The notes below the pieces were generated by a model. It saw only the letters and a list, made by a program, of their open reading frames with translations, was not told the DNA's origin and made no database searches. A program made the position numbers and the translations under genes. Positions 58,379 through 64,000 of a stretch of DNA of 64,000 nt are shown one piece after another. Numbering within the stretch: position 1 is the stretch's first letter; every line of letters begins with the position of its first letter. Source of the DNA: Porifericola rhodea (GTDB lineage: Bacteria; Bacteroidota; Bacteroidia; Cytophagales; Cyclobacteriaceae); contig NZ_CP119421.1 in the NCBI RefSeq assembly GCF_030506305.1, positions 176,354 to 240,353 on the forward strand, in the 5' to 3' direction.

Positions 58379-59485
58379 ATGAGACTGAAACTACTATTTC
58401 TACTAGCTATAGTCTTAGGCACTAGCACTACTATGTGGGCACAGGCTCCGCTGTCGGCAAAAAAATTATATGCGGGCAGCCTGCTGGAGTTCTCCTTCTA
58501 TCATGGAATGATACTGATGCACGATGAAAAAATCAGACACCTGGTACAGAGCCATCCAAGCGCAGCTAAGCTGAACTACCTTCTCCGCACCAGTGGGCTA
58601 AAAACCTGGCATCAGTTGTATGGTTTTCCGGAGTTTGGCGTAGCTCTTGAGTACCAACACTATCGCCACCCTAGCTTAGGCAAATCCATTTCGCTAATTC
58701 CGAACCTGAACTTATATGTTTATCGGGGGCGCTACTCCTCTGTTCTTGGCAATATGGGAGTAGGAATAGCTTACCACACCAATCCTTACCATCGTACATA
58801 CAATACCAAAAACCTGGCGTTAGGCAGCACCTTGTCTTTCGCGCTAAACATTGCGCTAAAATATCAGCGTCGTTTGTCTACCGACTTGGCAGCCGGGGCC
58901 TTTGTTCACCTGAATCATTACTCTAACGGAGGACTTAAAAAGCCTAACTCCGGCCTAAACCTGGTGCAGGGGGGCTTTTACCTGAGACAAGAGTTTCAAA
59001 GATGTGAAATTTATAAGCCTCAGAACGAACGCGCCGCTTTTCAGCCCAAAAAAACCTATCTGACTGTATTACCAAGTATCAGCTTTAAAGAGCTGGGACG
59101 AGGAGGTGGAGTTTTACACTCCTCATACAATCTGAGTTTGCATCTGAACAAACAGGTATCTCACCTTAGTGTGCTCAACTTCGGGCTAGATGCTTACTGG
59201 GACATTGCCCGAAAAAAATGGATCGCTCAAATGCATGATGGCGATGAAGTAGATTACAAAACTATAGCCCTTAGCGGTGGGCATGAGCTTATGATTAATA
59301 AAGTAGCTTTTCTTACCCAGCTAGGCTGCCACATCTACCAGCCTTACAAAGGATTGTATGGAGAGTTATTTCAAAAATATGGGCTACGAGTTTATGTACA
59401 CCCTCAGTTAGCCGTAAGTGGCAGCTTAAAATCCTACTTGGGTAAAGCAGAGCACATAGAGTGGGGACTGCTACTTAAGCTGTAG
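58379..59485 (+). CDS. Hypothetical secreted/outer-membrane protein
   Basis: Signal peptide 'MRLKLLFLLAIVLGTSTTMWAQA' and a beta-rich, aromatic-rich composition. The family is unknown. Confidence 0.4.
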   Translation: MRLKLLFLLAIVLGTSTTMWAQAPLSAKKLYAGSLLEFSFYHGMILMHDEKIRHLVQSHPSAAKLNYLLRTSGLKTWHQLYGFPEFGVALEYQHYRHPSLGKSISLIPNLNLYVYRGRYSSVLGNMGVGIAYHTNPYHRTYNTKNLALGSTLSFALNIALKYQRRLSTDLAAGAFVHLNHYSNGGLKKPNSGLNLVQGGFYLRQEFQRCEIYKPQNERAAFQPKKTYLTVLPSISFKELGRGGGVLHSSYNLSLHLNKQVSHLSVLNFGLDAYWDIARKKWIAQMHDGDEVDYKTIALSGGHELMINKVAFLTQLGCHIYQPYKGLYGELFQKYGLRVYVHPQLAVSGSLKSYLGKAEHIEWGLLLKL

Positions 59486-60719
59486 CAGGCCTCCACCTTC
59501 TGGCTCTTCTTAATAAAAGCAAACGCTCCAACTGAGGACGATACAGTAGGTAAAAAACGATAAGGTTAAACATAACAATACCTATCCGCCAGATAAAAGT
59601 CTTCCATATCTGCATCTTGGCTTCCATATCATTGACTGGAGGCAATTGGCCATCGTGCCGCACGATTGGGTTTAGCAGATAAAGTAACTCTCCGCTTTCT
59701 AATTCCGCTCTTACGTAAGTGTCATCAGGCTGCATCAGGTATGCCACCTGATCTGTTTCGTCAAACTCAGCTAAGGTTTTACCTCCCTGCCCAATCAGTC
59801 GCACATGATCTACAGGGCGGTTCAACTGCAACAAAAATGTATCTGCTTTTATGTTTACCGTCTGCAAAATAGGTTTATGGCGAGTGATCCAGAACGTTTT
59901 CAGCAACTCTTCTCTACTGTTTTTATCTGTCACCCTTTTTACCCCATAGCTGCGCCCACTGCCCAGAGCATTCAGTATATCTTCTCTTTTGCGGCTAGGT
60001 GCATGCACCATCGTCCAGGCCTTCGCAATTTTGTTATGCCTTTCTACATCATGGCAATCGTCATTTGCTAATAGCCATACCGGATGGCCCGAAGAGAGGG
60101 CTGCATCCCAGTGTTCGGTCGCCAGTCTGAAGCTATTGATCACTTCTAACAGATCGTAGCCACTAAGGTAGGGCATCATCTCAACTGGATGGCTGTTTTT
60201 CATGGTAGGATGGTTGATGGCAAGCAGCGGTGCCGTTTGCTTTACCCTCTCTATCAGGTACTGACGAATGTCCTGATTTTGAAAAAGCATCACATCAAAA
60301 AAACACACTTTCTCGCTTCCGATAGCCTGCCGGTGTGACTTATGTATGTTAATGCCGTGCTCATACACAGGAATAAAACTTTCGTCTTTTCTATCCAGGT
60401 GGCTGTTGATAGAAAAATAGTCGGAGATGCAGGGGATGTCATAGCCTAACTCATAGTAAGCCTCTAATACTTCATTTCCGGGTTGGTGGCCATTGGTCAT
60501 TCCATTCCAAGCATGGGCGTGGGTATGAAAATTTGATTTATACCAATACTGCCCCAGGTCTTCGTATGGGTTATACCAGCCTGCTCCACTGAAAGGTTCG
60601 GGCTCAGGATAGTCGTAGAATTTGATTTGAAAATATTGAAAGCTGACAAATAAGATAAGAAGAAATAAGAAGCTCTTGGCAAAGAGAAGAAAGTTAGGTT
60701 TTAGTCTTTTGGTGGTCAT
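59475..60719 (-). CDS. Membrane-anchored PHP-domain (CehA/McbA-like) metal-dependent phosphoesterase
   Basis: N-terminal TM, and the 'NFHTHAHAWNG' PHP-type His cluster. Confidence 0.5.
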   Translation of the reverse strand: MTTKRLKPNFLLFAKSFLFLLILFVSFQYFQIKFYDYPEPEPFSGAGWYNPYEDLGQYWYKSNFHTHAHAWNGMTNGHQPGNEVLEAYYELGYDIPCISDYFSINSHLDRKDESFIPVYEHGINIHKSHRQAIGSEKVCFFDVMLFQNQDIRQYLIERVKQTAPLLAINHPTMKNSHPVEMMPYLSGYDLLEVINSFRLATEHWDAALSSGHPVWLLANDDCHDVERHNKIAKAWTMVHAPSRKREDILNALGSGRSYGVKRVTDKNSREELLKTFWITRHKPILQTVNIKADTFLLQLNRPVDHVRLIGQGGKTLAEFDETDQVAYLMQPDDTYVRAELESGELLYLLNPIVRHDGQLPPVNDMEAKMQIWKTFIWRIGIVMFNLIVFYLLYRPQLERLLLLRRARRWRPATA

Positions 60720-60952
60720 AGGTATGCATAGTTTCCTATAACCAAACTTAGGCGTTCAGAAGGGGGAACACCTCATCCTTCTGTTTATGGATTTGTTAAA
60801 AAAGTACGATAATTATTAAAGTATCATTATGAATTTTAATTCAATATTAAAGATTATTTATAAAACACTGTGTTTCTGCCATTTATAGCATTAAAAAAAC
60901 TCCCTCTCATCTGAACGACAAAAGGGAGTTTTGGCAATATTTAGTAGCGGGT

Positions 60953-61504
60953 TTAGTTGCTGATGGGTAGCTCCTCTTCTACTCTACCGCATTTAAGCAT
61001 ACGGTCTCCAAAGTACGGATTACGAATTTCTTCCTGGGCACTCAGCCAGAAAGCACCTTTATCGTCAAACGCCATAGGGCAGTACTGCTTGTATAGTGTC
61101 TGCTCAACTTCTCCAGACGCCTTCAAATCATTATACAAGTGTACAGATACCTCTTCAAAAGCCACACGTTGTGCTTCTATATCTTCAGCGGCAGCAATTT
61201 CTTTGATTGCCTGCTGTACTTCCGGCTGCTCCACAGCATTAACTACCTCCATCATACCGGTAGCATATTTTTTTGCATCTTCAGCATTTGAGGCTACCAG
61301 CGCATCTTTAAGCTTAAGGTAACCATCAACTACACTGCCTACCCGAATGGTATTGCTTCCGCTCTCAGTAGTCTGGCTGCTCTCTTCAGTAGTAGTTCCT
61401 TCAGTATTGCTTGTTTTGGAATCAGAACAGGCTACTGCAAATAAGAACACCAAACAGAGACTAAGTAATTTTAGGGGTGAATGCATGTATTTCATGATAA
61501 ACAA
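60953..61504 (-). CDS. DUF3347 domain protein, secreted
   Basis: Lipoprotein signal, and the C-terminal 'YKQYCPMAFDDKGAFWLS...NPYFGDRMLKCG' motif shared with the C-terminus of the upstream adaptor. Confidence 0.6.
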   Translation of the reverse strand: MFIMKYMHSPLKLLSLCLVFLFAVACSDSKTSNTEGTTTEESSQTTESGSNTIRVGSVVDGYLKLKDALVASNAEDAKKYATGMMEVVNAVEQPEVQQAIKEIAAAEDIEAQRVAFEEVSVHLYNDLKASGEVEQTLYKQYCPMAFDDKGAFWLSAQEEIRNPYFGDRMLKCGRVEEELPISN

Positions 61505-61511
61505 TTTGAAT

Positions 61512-63299
61512 TTATGGGTTAATAATAGTTTTTACATTTCCGCAGTTCAGCATCATATCTCCGTAGTACGGGTTGATCACTTCTTCTGATACGCTCAGCC
61601 AGTTGGCTCCTTCATCATTATCTGCCATAGGACAGTATTGTACATATAGTTTCTCGGAAGTACCGAAAGCCTGTGTAGCTTTGATCATTTCCAGAGATAA
61701 CTGCTTAAAGTGTTTACGCTGCATATCTATGTTTTTGGATTGGAGCAAAAGCTGAACATGATCTTTTATACCTTCCTCTCTTTCCATCCAGTATATATGT
61801 GGTTCATCTTCCAGCAGGTTCATGTCTACCTCAGCTACCGACTTCATCATAGCCTGCGCGTATTTGTTCGCTGCCTCTTTTTCAGAACTTACCAGAGCAT
61901 CCTTCAGTTCAAGGTACTGATTTATAGTTTTCTGGAATTGATTTTTAAAGGTTTCCGAAGTCTGGCTTACATAATCAGGAACGCTCAACTGCATCTGTTC
62001 CGCCTTAGTGGCACTACCTTTTATCTGCACATTACGGTTCATCATGCTGGCTTTGTTGTTAAGCTGCGCGGCAGCATCCACAGTAAAGGTACCCTGGCTT
62101 ACTACCTCTTCTCCAGATCGGAGTCCGCTTTCTACCAGATAGGCATTGCCTACCGATGCTCCAAGAGTAACCTCTCTCATTTCGTAGGTAGGTATATTCG
62201 TATTTTGTACCACCACATATACTACTGAGCGGGTACCTGTCCACATCACCGCTGATTTGGGTACCAGCAATTCCGCGTCAGAGCTTACTACCGAAGTCTG
62301 TTCTCTACTGCTTAACCTACCCTGAGCAAACATAGCAGGTTTTAGTAAACCATCTTCATTACTTACTTCTGTTCGCACTTTTGCTACACGACTCTGAGGA
62401 TCAATAAAAGGATCAATAAAGCTCACCTTTGCATCAAACTGTTTACCAGGATAAGCCGCTACCTCAAAGCTGATCATATCTCCTTTCTTTATCCAGCTCA
62501 GATTGTTCTCATAAGCATCAAAAACTGCCCAAAGCTGCGAGAGGTCGGCTGCTTCGTAGATTACCGCACCTTCCATCACATGCTCTCCGCTCTCTACATT
62601 GATATTGGTAACAATGCCCGAAGCATGAGCTTTTAGGGGCCAATAAGTAATCGGTTCGTCTCTTTCTAATATCTGCATGATCTGGCTGTCGGTTAGCTTC
62701 CAGTTTTTCAGTTTTCGGGTGGCAGAGGCCAGCAGATTAGGGTTGCTTGCTTTAAACTTCTGCGCCTGCAACAACTCCTGCTGCGCAGTGACCAGTTCGG
62801 GAGAGTAAATAGTAGCGATGGTTTGCCCACGCCTTACCTGAGCACCTTCATAAGTAAGGAACATCTTCTCTACCCTTCCAGAAAAATGAGCTGTCTGAGT
62901 AATGATTCTGGTCTCATCAATCTCCAGCTTACCATTAAGTAGCAGCGCTTTAGATTCTTCCTCATATGTGCCGGGGCTACCTACTTTGGTGGTCTGTACA
63001 TTAGCGAGCCTTACTGCTTCGGCACTCATGGTAAGCTGGTAAGGGTTAGCTTCACCTTCTTCCTCTTCTAAAGGAATAAGGTCCATACCGCAAATGGGGC
63101 AGTCACCTGCTTCGCTCTGGCGCACCTGTGGGTGCATAGAACAGGTCCAAACGGTACCTTCGGCCGTTTCGGTAGGCACAAACTCATGCTCATGTTCCTC
63201 CGGATCTTCGGTCGCTGGCATCCACACCAGCCAGCCCAGCAACATCCCTAAGCCCAACATTAACAGATAGCGTAATGCCGTTTTCGTTTTTATCGTCAT
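61512..63299 (-). CDS. CusB/CzcB-like RND efflux membrane-fusion (adaptor) protein, with an N-terminal heavy-metal-binding domain and a fused C-terminal DUF3347
   Basis: 'TCSMHPQVRQSEAGDCPICGMDL' (heavy-metal-binding domain), HlyD_D23-like beta-barrel segments, and the C-terminal 'YVQYCPMADNDEGANWLS...NPYYGDMMLNCG'. Confidence 0.75.
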   Translation of the reverse strand: MTIKTKTALRYLLMLGLGMLLGWLVWMPATEDPEEHEHEFVPTETAEGTVWTCSMHPQVRQSEAGDCPICGMDLIPLEEEEGEANPYQLTMSAEAVRLANVQTTKVGSPGTYEEESKALLLNGKLEIDETRIITQTAHFSGRVEKMFLTYEGAQVRRGQTIATIYSPELVTAQQELLQAQKFKASNPNLLASATRKLKNWKLTDSQIMQILERDEPITYWPLKAHASGIVTNINVESGEHVMEGAVIYEAADLSQLWAVFDAYENNLSWIKKGDMISFEVAAYPGKQFDAKVSFIDPFIDPQSRVAKVRTEVSNEDGLLKPAMFAQGRLSSREQTSVVSSDAELLVPKSAVMWTGTRSVVYVVVQNTNIPTYEMREVTLGASVGNAYLVESGLRSGEEVVSQGTFTVDAAAQLNNKASMMNRNVQIKGSATKAEQMQLSVPDYVSQTSETFKNQFQKTINQYLELKDALVSSEKEAANKYAQAMMKSVAEVDMNLLEDEPHIYWMEREEGIKDHVQLLLQSKNIDMQRKHFKQLSLEMIKATQAFGTSEKLYVQYCPMADNDEGANWLSVSEEVINPYYGDMMLNCGNVKTIINP

Positions 63300-63967
63300 T
63301 TTATTACTTCTTCTATATCTAACATCGCTGTTTTTACCTGGGTTTTATCTTCGGAAGCTTGTGTCCAGGTAAAAAATATTTTCTCATCGTCCATTTCCAT
63401 GATAGGAAAACCATTTGCCCGGGCATAGCCGGTATAAGCTATACGTTTGTCGGCCACCAGTTGATGCTGTTTATCAAAAACAGCTAGCCGAATTTCGGCC
63501 CCGTTATCGGTTCGTTCCATCCAGCTCAACACAAGATGTTCAGTGTTTAGCATTAGCACATCTACACGACCCAAGGGATTTCCATGATCTACCCGAATGG
63601 GCTTAATAAAGCTATCTGCCTCATCTGTAGAGATGGCAAGCTGAACTTTTGAAGTATCTCGCGCAGCGGTAAACCAGGCCACAGCTATATTGCTGCCCCT
63701 TCCACAAATTGCCGGGCCATTGACCGGGCAGCCCTTTATCTGCCATTGGTCTTGATGTACTGGCCGGGGCTGACTCCACCTGCCCTGATGATAGCGAGTA
63801 ATGTAGATATCGCGAATTTCCTGCTGAGAACGATCGCGGTATACTACATAAATATCTTCTCCTATGCTTATGGCATCGGTCTGGCAGCAGTCACAAATAC
63901 GGCCGTCCAGTTCTTCCCGCTTCTCTACTTTACCCTCCGAATCAAATATTGCAGTACGCAGGCTCAT
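63296..63967 (-). CDS. Hypothetical protein, possibly a beta-propeller. It may extend 5' beyond the window end.
   Basis: The frame is open upstream of the ATG through position 64000, encoding the His-rich 'QGHEHHHEEGA'. The listed start may therefore be internal. It overlaps the CusB-like gene by 4 nt. Confidence 0.4.
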   Translation of the reverse strand: MSLRTAIFDSEGKVEKREELDGRICDCCQTDAISIGEDIYVVYRDRSQQEIRDIYITRYHQGRWSQPRPVHQDQWQIKGCPVNGPAICGRGSNIAVAWFTAARDTSKVQLAISTDEADSFIKPIRVDHGNPLGRVDVLMLNTEHLVLSWMERTDNGAEIRLAVFDKQHQLVADKRIAYTGYARANGFPIMEMDDEKIFFTWTQASEDKTQVKTAMLDIEEVIK

Positions 63968-64000
63968 AGCTCCTTCCTCATGGTGGTGCTCATGCCCTTG

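Noticed and set aside
1-64000. Mobile elements, CRISPR arrays, rRNA and tRNA genes
   Set aside because: No transposase, integrase or recombinase ORFs. No regularly spaced direct repeats. No sequence with full tRNA or rRNA hallmarks was seen on either strand.

Overview
This 64 kb window is chromosomal DNA from a Bacteroidota organism, most likely Cytophagia or Flavobacteriia. The basis is a partial SprA (T9SS/gliding motility) gene, an rpmB-rpmG-DUF4295-ftsY block, an RpoN with the 'ARRTVAKYR' box, Bacteroidetes-style TAnnTTTG promoter motifs and about 40% GC. About 55 coding genes are packed on both strands. I found no rRNA, tRNA, CRISPR array, transposase or integrase. Housekeeping genes include gcvH, asnS, rpoN, ftsY, rpmB, rpmG, rocD, rbsK and msrA. 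Accessory genes include an M16 peptidase, a 1166-aa multi-PAS hybrid histidine kinase, a MATE exporter, a CusB-like adaptor, MarR, FNR and ferredoxin.

Two regions stand out.

(1) Coordinates 28.26-38.07 kb carry a divergent XRE/LexA-like (S24 'DDSM') repressor. Facing it is a co-directional five-gene module: a YbjN-like small protein, PspA/IM30 (ESCRT-III superfamily), a YqiJ/NfeD-like membrane OB-fold protein, a flotillin (SPFH) with a long EA-rich coiled coil, and a 1627-aa protein with a roughly 300-aa coiled coil and a C-terminal AAA+ (MoxR/AAA_5-like) P-loop ATPase. I read this as a candidate, undescribed membrane-remodelling, envelope-stress or defence system, by analogy to ESCRT-III plus an ATPase.

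(2) Coordinates 38.1-45.2 kb carry a tightly coupled six-gene minus-strand operon: stand-alone GTP cyclohydrolase II, RibD_C-type reductase with an N-terminal extension, Zn-dependent MDR dehydrogenase, PTPS/QueD-like enzyme, GT1 glycosyltransferase and SAM methyltransferase. A MATE exporter sits upstream and a CDP-alcohol phosphatidyltransferase converges on it. This looks like an orphan pathway to a GTP-derived, decorated pyrimidine or pteridine-type metabolite.

Smaller points: two small genes are missing from the ORF track, DUF4295 (51 aa) and a 49-aa lipoprotein inside a 1-kb AT-rich gap. Several intrinsic terminators are clear, and there is a perfect palindrome upstream of marR.
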